Assembly: GCA_965215195.1 (NCBI GenBank)
Contig: CBDCDC010000002.1
Location: forward strand, 1,760,001 to 1,824,000
Direction: 5' to 3'
DNA length: 64,000 bases
Origin: Candidatus Latescibacterota bacterium
GTDB taxonomy: Bacteria; Latescibacterota; UBA2968; UBA8231
The translations under genes and the position numbers were made by a program. Position 1 is the stretch's first letter. The number at the start of each line of letters is the position of its first letter. Shown here one piece after another: positions 1 to 9,700 of this stretch. The notes beneath the pieces are model-generated. The model did not search any database. It was not told the DNA's origin and saw nothing but the letters and a program-made list of their open reading frames with translations.

Positions 1-62
1 CGTTGCGAGCACTTTGCCGGCCCATTTACTCCCCCGTCCCGATAGAGAAAAAGCAAAGCTAG

Positions 63-740
63 CTAGCCGAACAGCTTTAAGGCCCCGATTAGGCCCCACG
101 TCGCTACGTGCAGGGCAATGACCCACCGCAAGAGCTCTTTGCGCGTGCCGTCAATGGCTTGACGGTTAGCGTCGATCTTCGTTTCCAGCTCTTTGCGCGT
201 GCCGTCAATGGCTTGGCGGTTGGCGCCGATCTCCGTTCCCAGCGACTCCTGCGTTGCATTGATCTTCGTTTCCAGCTCTTTGCGCGTGTCGTCAATGGCT
301 TGACGGTTAGCATCGATCTTCGTCGCCAGCTCTTTGCGCGTACCGTCAATGACTTGACGGTTAGCGTCGATCTTCGTCGCCAGCTCTTTGCGCGTACCGT
401 CAATGACTTGGCGGTTAGCGTCGATCTTCGTCGCCAGCTCTTTGCGCGTACCGTCAATGGCTTGGCGGTTGGCGTCGATCTCCGTTTCCAGCGACTCCTG
501 CGTCGCGTCGATCTTCGTTTCCAGCTCTTTGCGTGTGCCGTCAATGGCTTGACGGTTGGCGTCGATCTTCGTCGCCAGCTCTTTGCGCGTACCGTCAATG
601 GCTTGGCGGTTGGCGTCGATCTTCGTTTCAATGCGGCCCAGCCGCACGTCAATTTGCTCGACAATGCCCTCTAACCGGGCGATGCGCCCCTCGTGGTCTA
701 ACGGATACGGACGCTCTGGCGACGGATGGTGCTCACTCAC
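63..740 (-). CDS. DUF1640/CCDC90-like coiled-coil membrane-anchored protein with tandem repeats
   Basis: GTG start after AGGAGG; repeats of IDANRQAIDGTRKELATK; hydrophobic C-terminal anchor LLRWVIALHVATWGLIG. Confidence 0.7.
   Translation of the reverse strand: MSEHHPSPERPYPLDHEGRIARLEGIVEQIDVRLGRIETKIDANRQAIDGTRKELATKIDANRQAIDGTRKELETKIDATQESLETEIDANRQAIDGTRKELATKIDANRQVIDGTRKELATKIDANRQVIDGTRKELATKIDANRQAIDDTRKELETKINATQESLGTEIGANRQAIDGTRKELETKIDANRQAIDGTRKELLRWVIALHVATWGLIGALKLFG
131..628 (-). repeat. Intragenic tandem repeat: 8 x 54 bp (18 aa) plus 2 x 33 bp (11 aa)
   Basis: Near-identical units such as gcgtaccgtcaatggcttggcggttggcgtcgatcttcg. Confidence 0.9.
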
Positions 741-992
741 GATCCGACCTCCTGTTTGGTAAAGCGTGAACAGCGCGAAACCCCCACCCACCGGATATTT
801 GCAAAATCCATGCCACGGCCGCAGGGCAGTGGGGAGGACGGGGCCGTGCGGGTCAGACTGTATCGGGCACAACCCATCCATGACACCTTTAGGGAGCACC
901 CCAAAAATCGGTCATGCCTGTACGCGCCGCCCTAAGGTGTTTGCCGCGGGCGAGCACTTCAGTCAGCATCGGACCGAGACCGGCGAGATTCA

Positions 993-1718
993 CTACTCCC
1001 CTTCCTCGTCCCCGTACGAGTGCCCGCCGAAAATGGCCCGCAGTTCGGCCGCGGATGTGGCTTGGCGCATCTGGGCCATGCGCTCGGCCTCGTGTTTTTG
1101 CAGGGCGCGGACGTTTTCCAAGACAGCGCTGAGCTTGTCAGCGGGGAATTTTACTGCGCCGTTTTCGTCCATGTGGACGATCTCGCCGGGGGCCACGTCC
1201 ATGCCGGCGACCGAGACCGGGACATTGACCGCGTGGACAGCTTGGGCACCGTGACCAGCGGTGACGCCGCTGAGCAAATACTGGAACTTCATCGGGCGAA
1301 TCTCGTCGATGTCGCGCGAGGGGCCGTTGGAAATCGCCCCGACGCAGCCAATGGCCTGCATGGCAGTGGTCATGTTGCCGCCGGCTAGACCGACCTTGCC
1401 CTCAATTTCGGGCGGAAACTTCTGCTGGAAGACCAAGATCGTCGGCTTGGGCGAGGCGTCGAGGGCGTCGAGAACGTCCATGAAGCTAACGCCGTTGTAA
1501 TTAGGATCAGGCAGGCCATAGGTGCAGGTGACCGCGTAGCCGACCGTAGGGCCGAGCTCGGGATACATGCAGCGCAGGGATTGGTCGGTGTACCAGTTTT
1601 CGCTCCAAGGATTGTATAGCCCCAAGCACAAGGGGTCGCCCGGATAGGTGGCAACGACGTTGGTGATCGAAGGTGTGTCGAAATTTTTCAGCTCGGCGAG
1701 CATTTCTTCTTCGGTCAT
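993..1718 (-). CDS. RraA/HMG-aldolase family protein
   Basis: DTPSITN, VGYAVT, SRDIDEI and PGEIVHMDENGAV motifs. Confidence 0.8.
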   Translation of the reverse strand: MTEEEMLAELKNFDTPSITNVVATYPGDPLCLGLYNPWSENWYTDQSLRCMYPELGPTVGYAVTCTYGLPDPNYNGVSFMDVLDALDASPKPTILVFQQKFPPEIEGKVGLAGGNMTTAMQAIGCVGAISNGPSRDIDEIRPMKFQYLLSGVTAGHGAQAVHAVNVPVSVAGMDVAPGEIVHMDENGAVKFPADKLSAVLENVRALQKHEAERMAQMRQATSAAELRAIFGGHSYGDEEGE

Positions 1719-1748
1719 TACAGGCTCCTGAGTGGGTAATGGGAAAGG

Positions 1749-2144
1749 TCAATCCGCGTCCGTCGCGTTTTTCCGTCGCGCATGGTAGAGCAGATTACAT
1801 ACGAGGAACATAGCGAGTATGGTCAAATACGCGCCTATTGTGCCGATCTCTTTCTCGAGAATGGCCATCACACCATTGAGGAGGATGAACGCTGCACAGT
1901 ACAGCGCAAGGACATGCCACCACTTAAAATGCCAACGGGTCATGGCACTTCCTCCTTGCGTCGTCGCTTTCTTCTTTAACGCCTGATAAAACAAACTAGC
2001 AGCTACGAAGAACATAGCGAGGACGGTCAAATAGGCCCCTATTGTGCCGATCTCTTTCTCAGTAATGGCCGTCACAGCATTGATGAAGATCAGCGCACCA
2101 TACAGTGCGAAAAAATGCCACCACTTAAAATGCCAACGGGTCAT
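1749..2144 (-). CDS. Small membrane protein made of two in-frame copies of a ~65-aa two-TM unit
   Basis: MTRWHFKWWH...EKEIGTIGAYLT occurs twice; each copy has its own AAGGAG RBS (starts 2144 and 1943). Confidence 0.75.
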   Translation of the reverse strand: MTRWHFKWWHFFALYGALIFINAVTAITEKEIGTIGAYLTVLAMFFVAASLFYQALKKKATTQGGSAMTRWHFKWWHVLALYCAAFILLNGVMAILEKEIGTIGAYLTILAMFLVCNLLYHARRKNATDAD

Positions 2145-2252
2145 GGCACTCGCTCCTTATTCATCGCCATCCTGAATGATTTGAACGGTTCGAGATGCGG
2201 CTCGTCTTGGCAATGATTTAGGATTGCTAGTAGTTCCAATGTGCGTTCCTCG

Positions 2253-3065
2253 TCAATGCTGATCGCGGCGCGGCAGAATCGGCTGATTTTTCAACTCGCG
2301 GATTAGCTCTACAAGCCCCTCGGTCGCCGCTGCTAAAAACTTTTCGCCTTTTTCCCGACTGGCTTTGGTCGCGTCGCCCACCACGCCGCTGGCCGTCTGC
2401 TGGCTCCAGTAGGGTATCAGCCGTGCGCCCGATCCCTCGGGATGTGCGCCGGCCAACAGGTCAGTGCGGAAGCTCGGCGACAGGGGCGAGCGCTCGTCAA
2501 CGGCTTTGTCCATTTCCACCAGCTCCGGCTTGAGCGCGAGATAGAGCGAGGTCTCGTATTCGCCGGCGTGCGAAGTGCCGCCGTAGGACGAGTCGCGCAA
2601 TTGGTTGCCCGCGGTCTTGGCGCGGCGCAGATCCCAGTGATTGACCGCGGCGCAGAGGATCTGGCCCTCGTATTCGAGGACCGTGAGGCGGGCCGCTAGG
2701 TCGAGCGGCGAGGTATTGGAGCCGTGGCCATTGACGATGAGGATGCGCTCAAAGCCGTGGTGGGCCAAGCTGCAACACACGTCCTTGACGTAGCGGATAA
2801 AGGTGTCCCAAGTAATGGTCAGGGTGCCGTGGAAATCCATGTGGTGCGGACTGTAGCCATGAGTGACGGGCGGGGCGAGCACGGCTTCTTGCGGGATGCG
2901 GGCGACGGCGCGCTCGCATATCCCGTGGCACAGCACCACGTCCGTATCCACCGGCAGATGCGGGCCGTGATCTTCGTGAGTGGCAACGGGCAGCACGGCG
3001 ACGCGGCCCGCAGCAGCGGCGTCTCGGGTCTCGTTCCAAATCATTTCGGCATAGCGGTATTTCAC
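2253..3065 (-). CDS. Creatininase family amidohydrolase
   Basis: EDHGPHLP, NGHGSN and HAGEYETS motifs; GTG start after AAGGAG. Confidence 0.9.
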   Translation of the reverse strand: MKYRYAEMIWNETRDAAAAGRVAVLPVATHEDHGPHLPVDTDVVLCHGICERAVARIPQEAVLAPPVTHGYSPHHMDFHGTLTITWDTFIRYVKDVCCSLAHHGFERILIVNGHGSNTSPLDLAARLTVLEYEGQILCAAVNHWDLRRAKTAGNQLRDSSYGGTSHAGEYETSLYLALKPELVEMDKAVDERSPLSPSFRTDLLAGAHPEGSGARLIPYWSQQTASGVVGDATKASREKGEKFLAAATEGLVELIRELKNQPILPRRDQH

Positions 3066-3229
3066 AGCGATTCGCTCCTTCACAATAGAGTCAGCGCACG
3101 AGAACGCGGGAAGAAATACGCAATTCGCGCAGCAGAGGCAAGTTGCCATTCCTCGACAGCTTTGGGCATCCCTTCTATATTTTGGCAGGGGCAACTGTAC
3201 TCGCAACTTAACCAAAGGAACAGCAATAC

Positions 3230-4324
3230 ATGGGTCGCAAAATACGCCTCGGTGTGCTCTGCGGCGGGCGCTCGGCCGAGCACGAGGTCTCGGTGATTTC
3301 GGCGCGCTCAATGTTGGAGGCCATCGACAAGGACAAGTACGAGGTGGTGATGATCGGCATCTCCAAAGAGGGGCGCTGGCTGTCCGCAACGGACACCCAG
3401 CAACTTCTGGCGTCCAGTCAGGTCGAAGAGGATGGGCTAACGCCGGTGGTGCTGGACTATCTGGGGACGCGCACGCTCGTGGCACAGGGAGGCGATTGGC
3501 AAGACCAAGCCCTCGACGTAATCTTCCCGCTCTTGCACGGCCCGTACGGCGAGGACGGCACCGTGCAGGGCCTGATGGAGCTGGCCAACATAGCGTATGT
3601 CGGGGCCGGGGTCGTCGGCTCAGCCGTGGGCATGGACAAGGAGATGATGAAGCGGGCCTTCAAGGCCGAGGGGTTGCCGCAGGTGGACTATCAAGTAGTG
3701 CGGCGCAGCCGTTGGGAAAAGGACCGCGCCGGGGTGCAGGCCGAGATCGAAGCTGTGCGGGCCTATCCCGTCTTCGTCAAGCCGGTGAGTCTTGGTTCGA
3801 GCGTCGGGGTGAGCAAGGCCCGCGATGGTGCCGAGTTGGAGCAGGCCATCAACCAAGCAGCGCAATACGATTACAAGATATTGGTCGAGGCCGAAGCGAG
3901 CGGCTGCCGCGAGGTCGAGGTGGCGATCTTGGGCAACGAGTCGCCAGAAGCATCCGTGGCCGGCGAGATCGTGCCGGGGAATGAGTTTTACGACTACAAC
4001 GCCAAATACATCGACGACAATTCCGACCTGATCATCCCGGCGCGCATCTCGCCAGCCACCCAAGAGGCCGTGCGCGAAATGGGCATCCGAGCCTTTCAGG
4101 CGGTGGAAGCTTGGGGGTTGGCGCGGGTGGACTTTTTTGTGCGCGAAAGCGACGAGGCTATTTTTGTTAGCGAGATCAACACCATGCCGGGATTTACGCC
4201 CATCAGCATGTATCCCAAGCTGTGGGAAGCGAGCGGCGTGAGCTACGGCGCGTTGATCGACCGGTTGGTCCAGTTGGGGATCGAGCGGCACGAAGACAAG
4301 CAGAAGACGAAGACAGCGCGGTAA
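3230..4324 (+). CDS. ddl: D-alanine--D-alanine ligase
   Basis: GGRSAEHEVS, LHGPYGEDG, GSSVGV, FYDYNAKY, EINTMPG. Confidence 0.97.
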   Translation: MGRKIRLGVLCGGRSAEHEVSVISARSMLEAIDKDKYEVVMIGISKEGRWLSATDTQQLLASSQVEEDGLTPVVLDYLGTRTLVAQGGDWQDQALDVIFPLLHGPYGEDGTVQGLMELANIAYVGAGVVGSAVGMDKEMMKRAFKAEGLPQVDYQVVRRSRWEKDRAGVQAEIEAVRAYPVFVKPVSLGSSVGVSKARDGAELEQAINQAAQYDYKILVEAEASGCREVEVAILGNESPEASVAGEIVPGNEFYDYNAKYIDDNSDLIIPARISPATQEAVREMGIRAFQAVEAWGLARVDFFVRESDEAIFVSEINTMPGFTPISMYPKLWEASGVSYGALIDRLVQLGIERHEDKQKTKTAR

Positions 4325-4330
4325 GCTTCT

Positions 4331-5038
4331 ATGAAAACAGCGCGTTGGGAAAAGGGCAACGTCAGCAACCTGATTTCGCTCGCCCTGTTGGCGGCGGGCC
4401 TCTGGGGGCGCGTTGAGGGGGTCGGCGGCAGCGAGTGGGTGCTGGCGGTTGGGTTGTTCGGCTTTGCCGGCGGGGCGACCAACTGGTTGGCGGTAAAGAT
4501 GCTCTTTGACCGAGTGCCCCTGCTGTACGGGTCGGGCGTGATTCCGGCGCGGTTTCGCGCCATTAGGGCAGCGGTCAAAGACGCCATCATGCGCTACTTT
4601 TTCGACGAAGAGTACCTAGAGCGATTCTGGGCCGAGCGGACGGCCGGCGAGGACGTCGGGGAAAAGGTGCAAGCGGTGTTAGCGTCCGATGAAGTTGACG
4701 CGATCATCGACCGCAAGCTGGAGGAATTGGCCGCATCGCCGCAGGGAATGATGATCCAGATGGTGGGGACGCAGACGGTCAAGCCGCTGGTTAAGCAGTT
4801 CGTGGTTGGGATCGGGAGCGAGATCGCGCCACTTTTGGCCGGCCGAGCCGGCACAGAAGTCAAAGCGCTGCGGGCGCAGGTTGACGAGCTACTGGAGACC
4901 AAGCTAGAGGAGCTGACGCCCGACCGAGTCAAGGAGATGATGGAGGAAGTAATCCGCGAGCACTTGGGCTGGCTGATCGTCTGGGGCAATGTGTTCGGCG
5001 GCACTATTGGACTCTTATCTAAAGCATTGGGATACTAA
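4331..5038 (+). CDS. DUF445 family membrane protein
   Basis: GGATNWLAVKMLF and EHLGWLIVWGNVFGG motifs. Confidence 0.8.
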   Translation: MKTARWEKGNVSNLISLALLAAGLWGRVEGVGGSEWVLAVGLFGFAGGATNWLAVKMLFDRVPLLYGSGVIPARFRAIRAAVKDAIMRYFFDEEYLERFWAERTAGEDVGEKVQAVLASDEVDAIIDRKLEELAASPQGMMIQMVGTQTVKPLVKQFVVGIGSEIAPLLAGRAGTEVKALRAQVDELLETKLEELTPDRVKEMMEEVIREHLGWLIVWGNVFGGTIGLLSKALGY

Positions 5039-5057
5039 GTCTGGACCGACGAAATAC

Positions 5058-5083
5058 GTAGGGGCAACCCTCGTGGTTGCCTT
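5058..5083 (+). repeat. GTAG-type REP palindrome
   Basis: GTAG followed by GGGCAACC-CTCGT-GGTTGCCT hairpin in an intergenic space. Confidence 0.55.
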
Positions 5084-5112
5084 CACCTACCCTCACCAAC
5101 GGACCTTCAACA

Positions 5113-5919
5113 ATGAATAAATGCGATTTAAGTGGCCAAGTGGCGGCGGTCATCGGTGGGACCGGCGTATTGGGCGGGGCGATGGCCCAAGGGCTGGCCG
5201 CGGCCGGAGCCTCCGTAGCAGTGTTGGGGCGAGACCGCGACCGGGGGCATCAGCGAGTCGCGGCAATAGAGGAAGCCGAGGGCACGGGCGTGTTCGCAAC
5301 TTGCGACGCCACGGACAAAGCCTCGCTCAAGGCAGCCCGCGAAGCGGTCGTCGCGGCGTTGGGTCCGGTCAACGTGCTAATCAACGCGGCTGGCGGCAAT
5401 CAGCCGCAGGTGACCCTGACCGCCGATCTGGACTTTGCCGCCATAACAACCGCCGATTGGCAGCGCTGTTTCGACCTGAACTTGGGGGCTGGTGCGCTGT
5501 TGCCCTGCCAAGAATTCGGGTCGGCCATGGTCGCGCAGGGCCGGGGCAGCATCGTCAACATCGCCTCGGTCGCCGCTCACCTGCCGGTTTCGCGGGTGGT
5601 GGCGTACTCCGCGGCCAAAGCGGCCGTATTGAACCTAACGCAGTTCCTCGCACGGGAGTGGGCCGACCAAGGCGTGCGGGTCAACTCCATCACCCCGGGC
5701 TTTTTCCCGGCCGAGCAGAACCGCCGCTTGCTCTTTGAAGACGACGGCACCCCAACCGAGCGCGGCCAACACATCCTCTCCCACACGCCCATGAACCGCT
5801 TTGGCCGCCCCGAGGAACTAGTCGGCGCGGCCGTGTTCCTCGCGTCGGACGCGGCCAGCGGCTTTGTCACCGGCACGGACATCCGCGTTGACGGGGGGTT
5901 TTTGGCGACGACCATCTAA
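5113..5919 (+). CDS. SDR oxidoreductase (D-mannonate oxidoreductase-like)
   Basis: GGTGVLG, NAAGGN, YSAAK, PGFFPAEQNR. Confidence 0.9.
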   Translation: MNKCDLSGQVAAVIGGTGVLGGAMAQGLAAAGASVAVLGRDRDRGHQRVAAIEEAEGTGVFATCDATDKASLKAAREAVVAALGPVNVLINAAGGNQPQVTLTADLDFAAITTADWQRCFDLNLGAGALLPCQEFGSAMVAQGRGSIVNIASVAAHLPVSRVVAYSAAKAAVLNLTQFLAREWADQGVRVNSITPGFFPAEQNRRLLFEDDGTPTERGQHILSHTPMNRFGRPEELVGAAVFLASDAASGFVTGTDIRVDGGFLATTI

Positions 5920-5936
5920 CTGAAATATGAAGCACT

Positions 5937-6152
5937 TCACGCCTCAAGCGGGGTCAGGCGAAATACCCGAGCCATCTGAGCCGCGTACTCTAGATCACCG
6001 TCCCTTAGAGCCTCACGAACATCATCCAGCTTATCAGCGTCCTTCACTGAAAGATAGGGCGGCCATCCTGCGTCCCCATCGATCAACTCCACCTCCACCT
6101 CCGCAGCATACTCTCCTGCGCACACCAGTTTCGTAATCACTCTGCTCGTCAT
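5937..6152 (-). CDS. Small putative antitoxin partner of DUF4258
   Basis: 71 aa, YAAEVEVELI...WPPYLS..DADKLDDVREALR; GAGG RBS; directly downstream of the DUF4258 gene. Confidence 0.65.
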   Translation of the reverse strand: MTSRVITKLVCAGEYAAEVEVELIDGDAGWPPYLSVKDADKLDDVREALRDGDLEYAAQMARVFRLTPLEA

Positions 6153-6164
6153 GTTCGCCTCCTC

Positions 6165-6426
6165 GTGAAACGGGTGAAGTGTGTCCTGCCGGGATGCCCC
6201 ACACAACGTGTATCGCGTTCCCTGCTCGATCATACTGCAATACGAGAACACAAGGGCCTTTAGCGTAATGTGGATAATCTTCAACGACAATCGCATCTTC
6301 CACACCTTCAATAACTTCGCGCACTCTAATGCCGTCCGCCGCAATTTCATCGTATCCATGGGCCGACACTCTTACTCCGCCTTTGCGCACTAATTGTTTT
6401 ACTGCATTGAGCGTTTCACTTGCCAC
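6165..6426 (-). pseudogene. DUF4258 putative toxin, apparently lacking its normal C-terminus
   Basis: SAHGYDE...EDYPHYAKGPCVLVLQ...IHVVWGIP; the expected VTAYRPD ending is absent and the frame reads through the partner gene to 6034. Confidence 0.6.
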
Positions 6427-6445
6427 TTCGTCATCTCCAGAATAG

Positions 6446-6517
6446 GCGGCCAGCGGCTTTGTCACCGGCGCGGACATCCGCGTTGACGGGGGGTTTTTGG
6501 CGACGACGATCTAACTG
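6446..6517 (+). repeat. 72-bp duplicate of the SDR gene 3' end (5851-5922)
   Basis: gcggccagcggctttgtcaccggc...atctaactg with 2 mismatches. Confidence 0.95.
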
Positions 6518-6644
6518 GTTACAAGCAGCGCTCCCGAGGCCGACATGCGGGGTGCCAAGTCCTGCGGGATGAAAGCGAGTTGGAAGCGAGATGAGTACTG
6601 GGAAGCACCTGAGATTGTGGATGGGGCAGTTGACGACCTCCCGC

Positions 6645-6707
6645 TTATCGGGCCAGTTCCTACAAGGGCGGCTACGCACGCTCCGAAACGAGGAACTGGC
6701 CCGATAA
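6645..6707. terminator. Perfect 17-bp inverted repeat (terminator or cruciform)
   Basis: ttatcgggccagttcct / aggaactggcccgataa with a 29-nt loop, just downstream of the large gene. Confidence 0.55.
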
Positions 6708-6728
6708 AAGAGTAAAAGAGCTAAAGGG

Positions 6729-9700
6729 TTAACGAATCCTGAGAAGGCGCACACCAATGGTGGCACCGCGCACGTCGGGCGAGGCGAAGCCGCGGCCGAG
6801 TGCCGACCGCGCGACCTGGGCACTATTGTAGAAGTCGCCGCCCCGAAAGACGCGATAGAAGCCGGAGGAAGGCCCCCGGGGGTCAACCCGAGGCGAGCTT
6901 TTATAATAGTCTACATCAAACCAGTCCTGCACCCACTCCCACACATTCCCATGCATGTCATACAACCCCCAAGGATTCGGACGCTTTAGACCCACCGCAC
7001 GAGCATCATACTCAGCATTATCCCTATACCACGCATAATCCGTCAGGTGGTGCTCGTCATCCCCAAACGACCACAGAGTTGATGTACCCGCTCGACACGC
7101 ATACTCCCACTCCGCTTCACTCGGCAACCGATACAACGAATCACCCGCCGCCTCATTCAACCGACCAATAAAGCTCTGCACATCATCCCATGAAATATAT
7201 ATCGCCGGATGAGATGGATTCTCCCGAACATAACGCTTCCCCGACCACGGCGTCGTTCCCATCACGGCTTCCCACTGCCCCTGCGTAACTTCGTATTGAC
7301 CCAACCAAAACCCCTCGCTGATCTCCACCTCATGCACCCGCAGGTCGCCCCATTGTAATCCTCCTAAGGCGTCGGGCAACCAAAACTCCTCGCTGATCTC
7401 CCCCTCAGCCGGCGACCCCGACCCCATCTGAAATACACCCGGCGCGATCCAAACAAACGTCATCGACGCATCCCCCGGGAACAGATCAATATGACGGGAT
7501 TCTATAAGATGAAGCGTCAGCGTGTACGCGCCGGTGCTGGAAGTACGACCGCCGCGCACTCGGATATAGTAGGTGCCCGGCTCCACGACCGCCGACACGC
7601 GGAAGTTGTGGTCCGCGCCGCCATCGTCAGACCGGTCAAGGACGTTGCCCGAACTATCTTCTATATAGCCATAGGTATCCGTGCCGCCGGTCGTCGAGGC
7701 AACAAGCAACCCCGCACTACGGACGCTTACGCGGAAGTAAGCGATATCGCCCGCCAACAGCTCGTCCTCAATCGACTCGCCCAACCCCAACGGGATCGCC
7801 CCTGAGGGACTATCGCCACCAAGATGAAGCGTCAGCGTGTACGCGCCGGTGCTGGAAGTACGACCGCCGCGCACTCGGATATAGTAGGTGCCCGGCTCCA
7901 CGACCGCCGACACGCGGAAGTTGCGGCTCGTGTCGCCATCGTCAGACCGGTCAAGGACGTTGCCCGAACTACCTTCTATATAGACATAGGTATCCGTGCC
8001 GCCGGTCGTCGAGGCAACAAGCCGCCCCGCACTACGGACGCTTACGCGGAAATAATCGATATCGCCCGCCAACAGCTCGTCCTCAATCGACTCGCCCAAC
8101 CCCAACGGGATCGCCCCTGAGGGGATGTGATCGCCATCAAGATGAAGCGTCAGCGTGTACGCGCCGGTGCTGAAAGTATAAGCGCCGACCACTCGGATAT
8201 AGTAGGTGCCCGGCTCCACGACCGCCGACACGCGGAAGTTGGAGCCCGCGCCGCCATTGTCATTCACGGCAAGGACGTTGCCCGAACTATCTTCTATATA
8301 GCCATAGGTATCCGTGTCGCCGGTCGTCGAGGCAACAAGCCGCCCCGCACTACGGACGCTTACGCGGAAGTAATCGATATCGTCCGCCGACAGCTCGTCC
8401 TCAATCGACTCGCCCAACCCCAACGGGATCGCCCCGTGAAGCGTCAGCGTGTACGCGCCGGTGCTGGAAGTACGAGCGCCGCGCACTCGGATATAGTAGG
8501 TGCCCGGCTCCACGACCGCCGACACGCGGAAGTTGGGGCCCGCGCGGCCATCGTTATCCTCGGCAAGGACCTTGCCCGAACTATCTTCTATATAGCCATA
8601 GGTATCCGTGTCGCCGGTCGTCGAGGCAACAAGCCGCCCCGCACTACGGACGCTTACGCGGAAATAATCGACCTCGCGCGCCGACAGCTCGTCCTCAATC
8701 GACTCGCCCAACCCCAACGGGATCGCCCCGTGAAGCGTCAGCGTGTACGCGCCGGTGCTGGAAGTACGAGCACCGCGCACTCGGATATAGTAGGTGCCCG
8801 GCTCCACGACCGCCGACACGCGGAAGTTGAGGTCCGCGCCGCCATCGTCATTCACGGCAAGGACCTTGCCCGAACTATCTTCTATATAGCCATAGGTATT
8901 CGTGCCGCCGGTCGTCGAGGCAACAAGCCGCCCCGCACTACGGACGCTTACGCGGAAATAATCGATATCGCCCGCCAACAGCTCGTCCTCAATCCACTCG
9001 CCCAACCCCAACGGGATCGCCCCTTGAAGCGTCAGCGCGTAAGCACCGGTGTCGGAAGTACGAGCGCCGCGCACTCGGATATAGTAGGTGCCCGGCTCCA
9101 CGACCGCCGACACAACGAAGTTCCTGCCCGCGCCGCCATCGTTATCCTCGGCAAGGACGTTGCCCGAACTATCTTCTAGATAGCCATAGGTATCCGTGCC
9201 GCCGGTCGTCGAGGCAACAAGCCGCCCCGCACTACGGACGCTTACGCGGAAATAATCGATATCGCCCGCCAACAGCTCGTCCTCAATCGACTCGCCCAAC
9301 CCCAACGGGATCGCCCCTGAGGGGATGTAATCGCCATCAAGATGAAGCGTCAGCGCGTAAGCACCGGTGCTGGAAGTACGAGCGCCGAGCACTCGGATAT
9401 AGTAGGTGCCCGGCTCCACGAACGCCGACACAACGAAGTTGCGGTCCGAGCCGCCATCGCCATCCTCGGCAAGGACGTTGCCCGAACTATCTTCTATATA
9501 GCCATAGGTATTCGTGCCGCCGGTCGTCGAGGCAACAAGCCGCCCCGCACTACGGACGCTTACGCGGAAGTAATCGATATCGCCCGCCAACAGCTCGTCC
9601 TCAATCCACTCGCCCAACCCCAACGGGATCGCCCCTGAGGGACTATCGCCGCCATCGAGATGTGTTCCATCCTCCCAAAGCTCCATCACGAAAATCTCCC

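Noticed and set aside
131-628. CRISPR-like periodic repeats
   Set aside because: No unique spacers; units are in-frame coding repeats; no cas genes
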